The translations under genes and the position numbers were made by a program. The notes under the pieces were generated by a model. It did no database searches and had not been told where the DNA came from. It saw only the letters and a list, made by a program, of their open reading frames with translations. From the IMG/VR virus record IMGVR_UViG_3300023293_000013, positions 1 to 60,145 of that record: a DNA stretch of 60,145 nucleotides; one strand, given 5' to 3'. This stretch comes from a virus (lineage: Duplodnaviria > Caudoviricetes). Positions 17,150-25,916 of this stretch are shown piece after piece (the stretch's first letter is position 1; every line of letters starts with the position of its first letter).

Positions 17150-17194
17150 TGCGTCAATTTGTGCAGTGGCTTTAATTAGCCACTGTGCTAATAT
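17150..17194 (+). promoter_or_regulatory. Box-dependent promoter with internal inverted repeat, cassette 2
   Basis: TGCGTCAATTTGTGCA GTGGCT...AGCCACTG TGC TAATAT. Confidence 0.8.
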
Positions 17195-17219
17195 AGATTT
17201 ATTAACAGAAAGAGGAAAA

Positions 17220-17399
17220 ATGGCACAACAAAACGAAGAGCACTTTGAAACAATAGACAGCAATAAAGCTAAAGCATACGAGGAACAGAAAGCAATGCGC
17301 CAGGAATTAATGGAATGGGTTAAAACTTGTGACAAATGGCATATGGGTGAATTATTTTCTGAAATGCGTAGAATGAAACGTAGTTGGGAAGTAGAGTAG
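17220..17399 (+). CDS. Early small protein (59 aa)
   Basis: Start corrected to the ATG after AGAAAGAGGA (MAQQNEEHF...). Confidence 0.75.
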   Translation: MAQQNEEHFETIDSNKAKAYEEQKAMRQELMEWVKTCDKWHMGELFSEMRRMKRSWEVE

Positions 17400-17401
17400 C
17401 C

Positions 17402-17446
17402 TGCGTCAATATTGACAGTGGCTTTAATTAGCCACTGTGCTATTAT
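17402..17446 (+). promoter_or_regulatory. Box-dependent promoter, cassette 3
   Basis: TGCGTCAATATTGACA-23 nt-TATTAT. Confidence 0.8.
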
Positions 17447-17473
17447 TCTTTTATTAACAGAAAGGATAAAACA

Positions 17474-17761
17474 ATGGAAAAAGAAAAAACAAGTGGTCTA
17501 CATAAAGACATTAAATATACAACTAGAGAAAATGGTGAGGTGTCTGGTTTTAGATTTACATCAGATGAGGGACGTGAAAAATTTAGACAAATGCAAATTT
17601 TAAATGTTCTTAAAATGGAAGTGATGAGCACAATGGGAATTAGATTTTACAGAGGATCTATTGTTAATGTTCTTAAATCATATTTTCCAGATATACCAAG
17701 AACTAAAAAAGGCGCATATAAATATTTAAAAGCGAGAGGTTATTATCCAGAAGATAAATAA
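17474..17761 (+). CDS. Early hypothetical protein
   Basis: AACAGAAAGGA RBS. Confidence 0.8.
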   Translation: MEKEKTSGLHKDIKYTTRENGEVSGFRFTSDEGREKFRQMQILNVLKMEVMSTMGIRFYRGSIVNVLKSYFPDIPRTKKGAYKYLKARGYYPEDK

Positions 17762-17763
17762 CC

Positions 17764-17808
17764 TGCGTCAAAGTGTGCAATGGCTATTTCTAGCCATTGC
17801 ATTAATAT
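17764..17808 (+). promoter_or_regulatory. Box-dependent promoter, cassette 4
   Basis: TGCGTCAAAGTGTGCA-23 nt-TAATAT. Confidence 0.8.
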
Positions 17809-17842
17809 GTTTGAATATTAATAATTAACAGAAAGATACAAA

Positions 17843-18082
17843 ATGAAAAAACAAACTGATCAAAAATGGATAAGCTACCATGCGACAAGATTAAATTTAA
17901 TTGATTCTTTAAATTCTCATATTAAATCTATGGAAGCAGTAAATGTTTATCATAATGAAACTAACCAATGCGATAGCCATAGTATGAGAAATGAGGACAT
18001 GGGTTTAGATATCATACAGAAATTAATTAAAAAAATAACTAAAGATGGAGATCAAGAACGAGAATACAAAGACGCAGTTTAA
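17843..18082 (+). CDS. Early hypothetical protein
   Basis: AACAGAAAGA RBS. Confidence 0.75.
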   Translation: MKKQTDQKWISYHATRLNLIDSLNSHIKSMEAVNVYHNETNQCDSHSMRNEDMGLDIIQKLIKKITKDGDQEREYKDAV

Positions 18083-18083
18083 C

Positions 18084-18128
18084 TGCGACAATATTGACAA
18101 TGGCGCTAATGCGCCATTGTGCTAATAT
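18084..18128 (+). promoter_or_regulatory. Box-dependent promoter, cassette 5
   Basis: TGCGACAATATTGACA-23 nt-TAATAT. Confidence 0.8.
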
Positions 18129-18152
18129 AAGATATTAACAGAAAGGAATACA

Positions 18153-18332
18153 ATGGGACAATTAACAGAACAATTAAAAAAAGACTTTATTAAAAATGGC
18201 TTTGAAAAAAAAGAAGCTACAAAAAAAGCGCATGAATATATGAGTAAATATAATTTATGTCGTTCATGTGGAGAATCTATACGAATAGATTTCCACAGTT
18301 GGAAACCAGGTTATTGTCAAGGTTGCTGTTAG
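18153..18332 (+). CDS. Early small zinc-finger protein (59 aa)
   Basis: Manual translation MGQLTEQ...CRSCG...YCQGCC; AACAGAAAGGA RBS. Confidence 0.75.
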   Translation: MGQLTEQLKKDFIKNGFEKKEATKKAHEYMSKYNLCRSCGESIRIDFHSWKPGYCQGCC

Positions 18333-18334
18333 CC

Positions 18335-18380
18335 TGCGACAATTATGACAATGGCGCCTAACGGCGCCATGTGTTATTAT
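18335..18380 (+). promoter_or_regulatory. Box-dependent promoter, cassette 6
   Basis: TGCGACAATTATGACA-24 nt-TATTAT. Confidence 0.8.
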
Positions 18381-18405
18381 ACATTCATTAACAGAAAGGA
18401 TATAT

Positions 18406-18699
18406 ATGATTGAATATAACGGAAAAAAAATAGAACTACCATTTGTGGTAAAATCACATTCAACATCAATGGTGACAAGATCTAATAGATTCAATGGTGA
18501 ATCAATTAAGTTGCCTAGCTTTGCAGCATGTGTTTATGATTATACAATGTATATGACTGAACTTACAGAAGCTAAGGATTTAGCAACTAACCAAGAGCCC
18601 GGCTTCAGTGACAATCAAGATGATTGGCAAATAGTACGGAATGGATTGGATTGGTTTCGTCAATACTTTGCAAAAGAATATATGGTGTTGCTAGATTAA
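18406..18699 (+). CDS. Early hypothetical protein
   Basis: AACAGAAAGGA RBS; C-terminal GLDWF...F..EYMVLLD. Confidence 0.8.
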   Translation: MIEYNGKKIELPFVVKSHSTSMVTRSNRFNGESIKLPSFAACVYDYTMYMTELTEAKDLATNQEPGFSDNQDDWQIVRNGLDWFRQYFAKEYMVLLD

Positions 18700-18716
18700 C
18701 ACAGTGACAATATATC

Positions 18717-18777
18717 CTGCGACAATATGTCGCAGGCGCTGTAACAATATACCACAGGGGTGTGACAAGATGTCGCA
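18717..18777. promoter_or_regulatory. Three tandem palindromic boxes closing the early region
   Basis: CTGCGACAATATGTCGCAG, CTGTAACAATATACCACAG, TGTGACAAGATGTCGCA. Confidence 0.7.
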
Positions 18778-19010
18778 GCCTGAGGCTCCGAGCTATACTC
18801 GCTCGCTTCGCTCGCTCGCACATTCAATAGAGGTACCAGACCCATACCGACATTTGAATTTTTGTATATATTAATGTATACCTACGTATATAAAAAGATA
18901 CTTATATGTAGTATATATAGTAACTCATGGATACTTAATGACATAAAATAGTTATTCTTTTTAAAAACACATATGAAAAAATATTATAAAATTTTTTTTC
19001 GAATGCACTT

Positions 19011-20486
19011 ATGGATATAGACAAGTTAAAAAAGTTTGAGAAATTACCACCTGATGTCAAAAGACAATTAGCTTTGTATATGTCTAAGTGGAATGACAAG
19101 AAAAAACAAGCTACTATTAAACAGGACTTCATGGCTTTTGTTAAACATGTATGGCCAGATTTTATTGAAGGATCACATCACAAACAAGTAGCTAAAAAAT
19201 TTAATGACATAGCTAATGGTAAAACAAAACGTGTTATTATCAATATGGCACCTAGACATACTAAGTCTGAATTTGCGTCTTACTTATTACCTGCCTGGAT
19301 GGTAGGTAGAAATCCTAAATTAAAAATTATTCAATCAACTAACACAACTGAATTATCTGTAAGGTTTGGACGTAAAGCAAAAGCTTTAATGGATACTCCA
19401 GAATATAAAGAAGTTTTTGAAACAAGATTAAAAGAAGATTCTCAAGCTGCTGGTAAATGGGAAACTCAACAAGGTGGAGAATATTATGCTGCCGGTGTTG
19501 GATCTGCAATTACTGGAAGGGGTGCTGATTTATTAATTATTGATGATCCCCATACTGAGCAAGATGCAATGAATGCACAAGCCTTGGATAGAACTTATGA
19601 ATGGTATACCTCTGGTCCACGTCAACGTCTTCAACCTGGCGGAACCATTATTATTGTAATGACTAGATGGAATGAAAAAGATTTAGCCGGACGCCTGATT
19701 AAAGCACAAAAGGAACCTAAAGCAGATCAATGGGAACTAATTGAATTTCCTGCAATCCTTCCTAACGATGAACCCTTGTGGCCGGAATATTGGAACATAA
19801 AAGATCTAGAAGCAGTTAAAGCATCTATTCCATTATCAAAGTGGAATGCACAATATATGCAGAATCCTACTGGAGATGAAGGAGCTTTAATTAAAAGAGA
19901 ATGGTGGCAGAAATGGGAAGATGATGAATTACCTAAAGTAGAACATATTATACAATCTTATGACACAGCGTTTATGAAAAAAGAAACAGCCGATTATTCT
20001 GCAATCACCACTTGGGGAGTTTTTCACCCCGATGAAGATAGTGGTCCCTGTTTAATATTATTGGATTCATTAAAAGGAAGATACGAGTTTCCAGAATTAA
20101 GAAGAGTTGCAATGGAGCAGTACGGCTACTGGCAACCCGAAACAGTGATTATAGAGGGCAAGGCATCCGGGCTTCCTCTCACTTATGAATTAAGAAAAAT
20201 GGGAATCCCAGTTATAAATTTCACACCCTCAAAAGGTAATGATAAACACACTAGAGTAAATAGTGTCTCTCCATTATTTGAATCAGGTAAGATATGGGCG
20301 CCTACTGAGATGGAGTTTGCACAAGAAGTTATTGAAGAATGCGCTGCTTTTCCTTATGGAGACCATGATGACTTAGTTGATTCTATGACCCAAGCAGTAA
20401 TGAGATTTAGACAAGGAGGTCTAATTCATCACCCAGATGATTATAAAGATGAGCCTTTACAGCACAAAGAAAAAGTGTATTATTAG
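19011..20486 (+). CDS. terL: Terminase large subunit
   Basis: NMAPRHTKSE Walker A, LLIIDDP Walker B, VMTRW, nuclease motifs SYDTA and HDDLVDSMTQ. Confidence 0.95.
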   Translation: MDIDKLKKFEKLPPDVKRQLALYMSKWNDKKKQATIKQDFMAFVKHVWPDFIEGSHHKQVAKKFNDIANGKTKRVIINMAPRHTKSEFASYLLPAWMVGRNPKLKIIQSTNTTELSVRFGRKAKALMDTPEYKEVFETRLKEDSQAAGKWETQQGGEYYAAGVGSAITGRGADLLIIDDPHTEQDAMNAQALDRTYEWYTSGPRQRLQPGGTIIIVMTRWNEKDLAGRLIKAQKEPKADQWELIEFPAILPNDEPLWPEYWNIKDLEAVKASIPLSKWNAQYMQNPTGDEGALIKREWWQKWEDDELPKVEHIIQSYDTAFMKKETADYSAITTWGVFHPDEDSGPCLILLDSLKGRYEFPELRRVAMEQYGYWQPETVIIEGKASGLPLTYELRKMGIPVINFTPSKGNDKHTRVNSVSPLFESGKIWAPTEMEFAQEVIEECAAFPYGDHDDLVDSMTQAVMRFRQGGLIHHPDDYKDEPLQHKEKVYY

Positions 20487-20489
20487 CAC

Positions 20490-21200
20490 ATGGCAAAATA
20501 TGATGACATGTCTGAGACAGAAGAAATTCCTATGGATTTAGGTCCAATGGAGGAAGACTCAGAAGATATTAGAGATTTTATGAGAGACCAAGGTATTCCG
20601 GGTCCCGGCTCCAAGAATCAAGGAGTTATGGGTGCTGCAGAAAATACTGAGATGGCTGGTATGGGTAAAGTTATGAAAATGTTTGAAACTCCATATGGTT
20701 TTGATAGAGATGGTTTTGAAGAAAATTATATCCAGTTTATGGATTACAAAGATGGTGGTGGAGACATGGGCATTGTAGAATTTACATTAAATGCTTTTGA
20801 CATGGTTAAAGGAAAAGAAAAAGAATCAAGTATTAAAATGGCATCAGAGACTCCTGAAGAAGAATTTGACTTAATGCAAATGCAAGAAGAGATGCAACAA
20901 CAAGAAGAATTAAAAAAACAATTAGAAAAAGATAGAGAACAAGCAATGATGGGTGGTTCTATGAGAGCAAAGTATAATGATGGTACACCTCTTCCAATGA
21001 AAAAGAAATACAACTTTATGGAATTAGTTGATTCATCTAATGATGCTTTAGATGAAGAACGATTAGATAGAAAATATAATGCAAAAAATTATCCACCATC
21101 TCAAAGAAATATGAGTATGGAAGAATTAAAAAAAATGTTTAAAAAAGCAAAAGAAGATAAATTAAAAAGAGCTAAAGGCGGTATTGCAGGAGTTCTGTAA
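20490..21200 (+). CDS. Acidic Met-rich putative virion protein
   Basis: ORF track; carries AxGG motifs. Confidence 0.7.
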   Translation: MAKYDDMSETEEIPMDLGPMEEDSEDIRDFMRDQGIPGPGSKNQGVMGAAENTEMAGMGKVMKMFETPYGFDRDGFEENYIQFMDYKDGGGDMGIVEFTLNAFDMVKGKEKESSIKMASETPEEEFDLMQMQEEMQQQEELKKQLEKDREQAMMGGSMRAKYNDGTPLPMKKKYNFMELVDSSNDALDEERLDRKYNAKNYPPSQRNMSMEELKKMFKKAKEDKLKRAKGGIAGVL

Positions 21201-21598
21201 TGCCTGATATTCTTCCTAAAGCTAAACCAAAAAACTTTACTAAAATTTTAGATATGCTGAATACAAAAGCAGCAGCTAATCAGTTCAGTACACAAACTTA
21301 CACAGATCTAGTATTAGAATTTTCTAAAAAAGCATATGACAATAATGAACTATCTGATGAAGAATATGCAGATATTGTAGAACCTTTAAAAGGAGATACT
21401 GGTATTATGTTACTTAAACAAATTCAAAAAGAAAAAGATTACATAAATAGCTATGCCATTGGTGGTAGAGTTAATTTTTTATCAGGTGGAGATACTAAGT
21501 ATAATTCAATGGTCACAAGGATGTACATTGAAGCCGGAGGCGAGGAAGCCACTGGTATGGATATAGATTCATTTGCAAAGGAGTATTTTCCTAAATAA
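21200..21598 (+). CDS. Hypothetical putative virion protein
   Basis: YAIGGRVNFLSGG motif. Confidence 0.7.
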   Translation: MPDILPKAKPKNFTKILDMLNTKAAANQFSTQTYTDLVLEFSKKAYDNNELSDEEYADIVEPLKGDTGIMLLKQIQKEKDYINSYAIGGRVNFLSGGDTKYNSMVTRMYIEAGGEEATGMDIDSFAKEYFPK

Positions 21599-21771
21599 TG
21601 ATTAAACGACTAACGAGAACTATTCCCCCGGAATCCGGGCCCCAGCCTCAGGGCTTGAATATTTCTTATAATACTGTTAAAGAAGTAGAACTTACGGAGA
21701 AAATAAATAATGGCAGATATAGACAAAGCACTTCCAAACGAAGTCCGAAAAGAATTCGAACTACCGGGTGA
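21598..21771 (+). CDS. Possible small protein overlapping the portal start
   Basis: TAATG-coupled; MIKRLTRTIPPESGPQPQGL... Confidence 0.4.
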   Translation: MIKRLTRTIPPESGPQPQGLNISYNTVKEVELTEKINNGRYRQSTSKRSPKRIRTTG

Positions 21772-24205
21772 AGAAGAAATTCAAGAAACTTTAGTTGAAG
21801 AAGTTTCTGAGTCTCAAGAATCACCAGATGATGTAGAGATACAAGAGAACGAAGATGGTTCTGTTGATATTGATTTAGATCCACAAGCTGCAGCACCAGA
21901 AGGTGGTGATGAGCATTATTCAAACTTAGCAGACTTTTTACCAGATGATGTATTAGGACGTGTGGGTTCTGATTTGTCTCAAAAATATTTAGATTATAGT
22001 TCTTCAAGAAAAGAATGGGAAAAAACTTATACACAAGGTTTAGATTTATTAGGTTTCAAATATAATAATAGAACAGAACCTTTCCAAGGAGCAAGTGGTG
22101 CAACTCACCCAGTATTAGCAGAAGCTGTAACTCAGTTTCAAGCATTAGCTTATAAAGAATTATTACCAGCGGATGGACCTATTAGAACTCAAGTAATGGG
22201 TGTACCAAGTGAACAAAAAACACAACAAGCAGATCGTGTTAAAGATTTCATGAACTATCAATTGATGGAAAAAATGAAAGAGTATGAACCAGAGTTTGAT
22301 CAAATGTTATTTAATTTGCCATTAGCCGGTTCTGCTTTTAAAAAAATTTACTATGATGAAATGCAACAAAGAGCAGTATCAAAGTTTGTTCCTGCAGATG
22401 ATTTAATTGTACCTTACACTGCAACTTCATTAGATGATGCGGAAGCAATTATTCACCGTGTTAAAATGTCTGAGAATGATTTAAAAAAACAACAAGTCGC
22501 AGGTTTTTATTTAGATATTGAATTAAGTAAACCTGAAACTCATGAAACTGATGTTGATAAAAAAGAGAGAGAACTAGAAGGTACCTCATCCACAGCGAAT
22601 GATGATGTATATACATTATTAGAATGTCATATTGATTTAGACTTAGAAGGTTTTGAAGATATGAATCAAGAGACTGGTGAGCCCTCAGGAATTAAAATTC
22701 CTTACATCGTAACTATAGAAGAATCTTCTAGAGAAATTTTATCTATAAGACGTAATTATGAAGTAGGAGATCCATTAAAAAAGAAAGTAGAATATTTTGT
22801 ACACTTTAAATTTTTACCAGGTTTAGGTTTCTATGGTTTTGGTTTGATTCACATGATTGGTGGATTATCAAGAACTGCAACTTCAGCATTAAGACAATTG
22901 TTAGATGCTGGAACTTTATCTAATTTACCTGCTGGATTTAAAATGAGAGGTATTAGAATTAGAGATGATGCACAATCAATTCAACCTGGTGAGTTTAGAG
23001 ATGTAGATGCACCTGGAGGAAATTTAAAAGATTCATTTATGATGTTACCATTCAAAGAACCAAGTCAGACTCTATTAGCTTTAATGGGAGTTGTGGTTCA
23101 AGCAGGTCAAAGATTTGCATCAATTGCAGATCTACAAGTTGGTGATGGTAATCAACAAGCAGCAGTTGGAACTACAGTAGCTCTTTTAGAGAGAGGAAGT
23201 AGAACTATGTCTGCGATCCACAAAAGAATTTACTCAGCTTTAAAAAATGAATTCAGAATTTTAGCTAGAGTATTTAAGTTATATCTACCACAAGAATATC
23301 CGTATGATGTAGTTGGGGGTCAAAGAATGATTAAACAACAGGACTTTGATGATAGAGTAGATATACTGCCAGTTGCGGACCCTAACATTTTCTCTCAAAC
23401 ACAGCGTATTTCACTAGCGCAAACGGAATTGCAGCTGGCAACTTCAAATCCACAAATGCATAATATGTATAATATTTATAGAAATATGTATGAAGCATTA
23501 GGAGTTAAAAACATTGATCAAGTATTAATAAGACCGATGCCACCTCAACCCAAAGATCCAGCGTTAGAACATATTGATGCTTTAGGTGGAAAACAGTTTC
23601 AAGCATTTCCAGGACAAGATCATAGAGCACATATCACTGCTCACTTAAACTTTATGGGAACTAACATTGCCAGAAACAATCCAATGATTTTAGCTTCATT
23701 AGAGAAAAATATTTTTGAACATATTAGTCTAATGTCTCAAGAACAACTTGAAATAGAGTTTAGAGATGAGTTAGTTCAGTTACAACAAATGACAGCAATG
23801 GCTCAACAGAATCCACAGCTTCAACAACAAGTCATGATGATGCAACAAAAACTAGAAGCAAGAAAAGCTCAGTTAATTGCAGAGATGATGGAAGAGTTTA
23901 TGAATGAAGAGAACAAAATTATCGGAGATTTTGGTAATGATCCAATAGCTAAGTTAAGAGCAAGAGAACTTGACCTTAAAGCACAAGAAAATGCTAGAAA
24001 AGAACGTGAAGGTGAAGACAAAATGAATCTTGATAAGATGAAAGCTATGATGAATCAGTCAAATCAAGAGAATAAACTAGAACAGAACGAAGAATTAGCT
24101 AATTTAAGAGCTGATACTTCAATTGAAAAAACTGTTTTAAGTAAAACCTTGCCAAATGCTAAAGATATGATGCCAAATATTAGTATTATGAGAAGTGAAG
24201 ACTAA
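21710..24205 (+). CDS. Portal protein
   Basis: 831 aa after terL; HPVLAEAVTQFQA, GSAFKK, PGLGFYGFG, Gln-rich barrel. Confidence 0.9.
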   Translation: MADIDKALPNEVRKEFELPGEEEIQETLVEEVSESQESPDDVEIQENEDGSVDIDLDPQAAAPEGGDEHYSNLADFLPDDVLGRVGSDLSQKYLDYSSSRKEWEKTYTQGLDLLGFKYNNRTEPFQGASGATHPVLAEAVTQFQALAYKELLPADGPIRTQVMGVPSEQKTQQADRVKDFMNYQLMEKMKEYEPEFDQMLFNLPLAGSAFKKIYYDEMQQRAVSKFVPADDLIVPYTATSLDDAEAIIHRVKMSENDLKKQQVAGFYLDIELSKPETHETDVDKKERELEGTSSTANDDVYTLLECHIDLDLEGFEDMNQETGEPSGIKIPYIVTIEESSREILSIRRNYEVGDPLKKKVEYFVHFKFLPGLGFYGFGLIHMIGGLSRTATSALRQLLDAGTLSNLPAGFKMRGIRIRDDAQSIQPGEFRDVDAPGGNLKDSFMMLPFKEPSQTLLALMGVVVQAGQRFASIADLQVGDGNQQAAVGTTVALLERGSRTMSAIHKRIYSALKNEFRILARVFKLYLPQEYPYDVVGGQRMIKQQDFDDRVDILPVADPNIFSQTQRISLAQTELQLATSNPQMHNMYNIYRNMYEALGVKNIDQVLIRPMPPQPKDPALEHIDALGGKQFQAFPGQDHRAHITAHLNFMGTNIARNNPMILASLEKNIFEHISLMSQEQLEIEFRDELVQLQQMTAMAQQNPQLQQQVMMMQQKLEARKAQLIAEMMEEFMNEENKIIGDFGNDPIAKLRARELDLKAQENARKEREGEDKMNLDKMKAMMNQSNQENKLEQNEELANLRADTSIEKTVLSKTLPNAKDMMPNISIMRSED

Positions 24206-24268
24206 TTATTAAAAATAAAATGACAAAAACAAAAAAACAAGTTAAAATAAATTAATTAAGGAGATAAT

Positions 24269-24463
24269 ATGAAAAAATATAATGATATTTGCGGAAAAAT
24301 TGTTGAGATTCCATCTGAAAACGATATGAATCTTGAAATTGACCCTAGATCTAAAACAACAGCTGATGGTGCTTACAACTACATTGCTAAAGGTGAAGAA
24401 GTTAAAGTAAGAGGAACTAAAAGAATGTTGAAAGAGAAGTCTAAAAAAGCTAAGTGGATCTAA
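24269..24463 (+). CDS. Small hypothetical protein
   Basis: AAGGAG RBS. Confidence 0.7.
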   Translation: MKKYNDICGKIVEIPSENDMNLEIDPRSKTTADGAYNYIAKGEEVKVRGTKRMLKEKSKKAKWI

Positions 24464-24464
24464 C

Positions 24465-24851
24465 ATGTGGATTTCGGCACTAAAATTAGCCGTTTCTGCT
24501 GGAAGTAAAATTTATGCTAACAAGCAGAAGACGAAGATAGCTATGTCTGATGCACAGCTTATGCATGCATCTAGAATGGCTGAAGGCAAGGAAGCTTACC
24601 AAGGAAAACTGTTAGAAGCCCGTCAATCAGATTGGAAGGACGAGGCAGTTTTAATAATTTTAAGTTTGCCTATAGCAATTTTGGCCTGGGCAGTCGTAAG
24701 TGATGATCCAACTGCTATGGACAAGGTAAAACTGTTCTTTGAGATGTTTTCAGAACTTCCTAAATGGTTCACTAATTTATGGATACTTGTTGTGGCGAGC
24801 ATTTATGGTATAAAGGGAACACAGATATTTAAAAACGGAGCAAAAAAATAA
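24465..24851 (+). CDS. Putative holin (3TM/GTA-like)
   Basis: Two TM helices, SDWKDE motif, LPKWF...ASIYG. Confidence 0.6.
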   Translation: MWISALKLAVSAGSKIYANKQKTKIAMSDAQLMHASRMAEGKEAYQGKLLEARQSDWKDEAVLIILSLPIAILAWAVVSDDPTAMDKVKLFFEMFSELPKWFTNLWILVVASIYGIKGTQIFKNGAKK

Positions 24852-24997
24852 TGAGAAATTTTTATAATAAAGGTGGTCCAACTTTAACTAAAGGACAAAA
24901 GACTTTACCAAAAGAATTACAGAAAAAAATTTTAATGTCTAAAGGTAAAAAGAAAAAAACTAAATCACCAAGAGAAAAATCAATGGGGATAGCATAA
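24851..24997 (+). CDS. Small basic protein (48 aa)
   Basis: Manual translation MRNFYNKGGPTLTKGQKTLP...; coupled. Confidence 0.55.
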   Translation: MRNFYNKGGPTLTKGQKTLPKELQKKILMSKGKKKKTKSPREKSMGIA

Positions 24998-25152
24998 TGT
25001 CTAATAATTATCATACTACTAAAGATGGTAAAAAAGCTAAAAAAGGTCTTTGGTATAATATTGCTATGAAGAAAAAACGTGGTGAGAAGATGAGAAAAAA
25101 AGGTGCCAAAGGTGCACCAACAGCAGCAGCCATTAAAAAATCACAGGCGTAA
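24997..25152 (+). CDS. Small basic protein (51 aa)
   Basis: ...KKGLWYNIAMKKKRGEKMRKKGAKGAPT...; coupled. Confidence 0.6.
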   Translation: MSNNYHTTKDGKKAKKGLWYNIAMKKKRGEKMRKKGAKGAPTAAAIKKSQA

Positions 25153-25451
25153 TGTTTAGAAGGCAGTTTGCATCCGGAAGCAAGTCTCCTGCATGGACTA
25201 GAAAAGAAGGCAAATCAGAGTCCGGAGGCCTGAACCAAAAAGGCGTTGACTCTTATAAAAAAGCTAATCCTGGATCAAAACTTAAAACAGCAGTAACTAC
25301 TAAACCCTCTAAACTAAAATCAGGATCCAAAGCAGCAAAGAGACGTAAGTCATTTTGTGCTAGAATGAAGGGTATGAGAAAAAGACAAAAACCTAGTAAT
25401 AATACAGGTGATGATAGATTATCTAAATCACTTAGAAAGTGGAATTGCTAA
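25152..25451 (+). CDS. Basic phage protein (DUF6321-like)
   Basis: GGLNQKG...NPGSKLK...RRKSFCARM...LRKWNC. Confidence 0.7.
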   Translation: MFRRQFASGSKSPAWTRKEGKSESGGLNQKGVDSYKKANPGSKLKTAVTTKPSKLKSGSKAAKRRKSFCARMKGMRKRQKPSNNTGDDRLSKSLRKWNC

Positions 25452-25618
25452 TGATAGATAAATTCTTTTATAAATTTTTTGGAGCTATTGACAATGTTTA
25501 TGATAAAGTTATTAATTGGTTCACTGCACCAAGGTGCAAATGTAAATTAAAAGGAAAAGTAAAAGAAGAAGTAATTTTAGAAGTAGATAAGACTTTTGAA
25601 AATGAAATTAAAAAATGA
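25451..25618 (+). CDS. Small hypothetical protein (55 aa)
   Basis: Manual translation; coupled on both sides. Confidence 0.5.
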   Translation: MIDKFFYKFFGAIDNVYDKVINWFTAPRCKCKLKGKVKEEVILEVDKTFENEIKK

Positions 25619-25782
25619 GAGATACAAAAGCAATAGAAAACTTCTTAAAGAATAATTATAAGAAGTTAAAAGAAATGAGTTTATTTAGAAATCTTAAAAA
25701 AGAAGTTGAGACGGGTGCCAATGGCACTCAAGATTATATTATTAAAAAAGGTGAGAACACAGGTAAGATTGCTAAAAAATGA
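25615..25782 (+). CDS. Small hypothetical protein (55 aa)
   Basis: MRDTKAIE...GANGTQDYIIKKG; ATGA overlaps. Confidence 0.55.
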   Translation: MRDTKAIENFLKNNYKKLKEMSLFRNLKKEVETGANGTQDYIIKKGENTGKIAKK

Positions 25783-25916
25783 AAGATAAATTTTTTAGTG
25801 TATTAGATAGTATTGTTTCTAAAATAGAAACATATTCAATTAAACTTACTTCATGGTGTTGGCATTCAAGAGTCAATTTATTAAATAAAAAAAGGAGAAA
25901 GAAAAATGTTAAGTGA
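25779..25916 (+). CDS. Small hypothetical protein (45 aa)
   Basis: YSIKLTSWCW motif similar to 9529-9633. Confidence 0.5.
   Translation: MKDKFFSVLDSIVSKIETYSIKLTSWCWHSRVNLLNKKRRKKNVK

Noticed and set aside
17412-17446. TTGACA inside the cassette element as the -35 hexamer
   Set aside because: It lies 23 nt from the -10, too far for sigma70, and is absent from most copies; it is better read as the right half of the box.
17163-18370. N4-type hairpin promoters for a virion RNA polymerase
   Set aside because: No RNAP motifs recognised in any ORF, including the 1421-aa protein; four promoters of the same class lack the hairpin.
17149-18405. CRISPR array or integron attC array
   Set aside because: Spacers are whole ORFs of variable length and the repeats are degenerate promoter/RBS elements. 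There is no cas gene, no integron integrase and no RYYYAAC/GTTRRRY cores.
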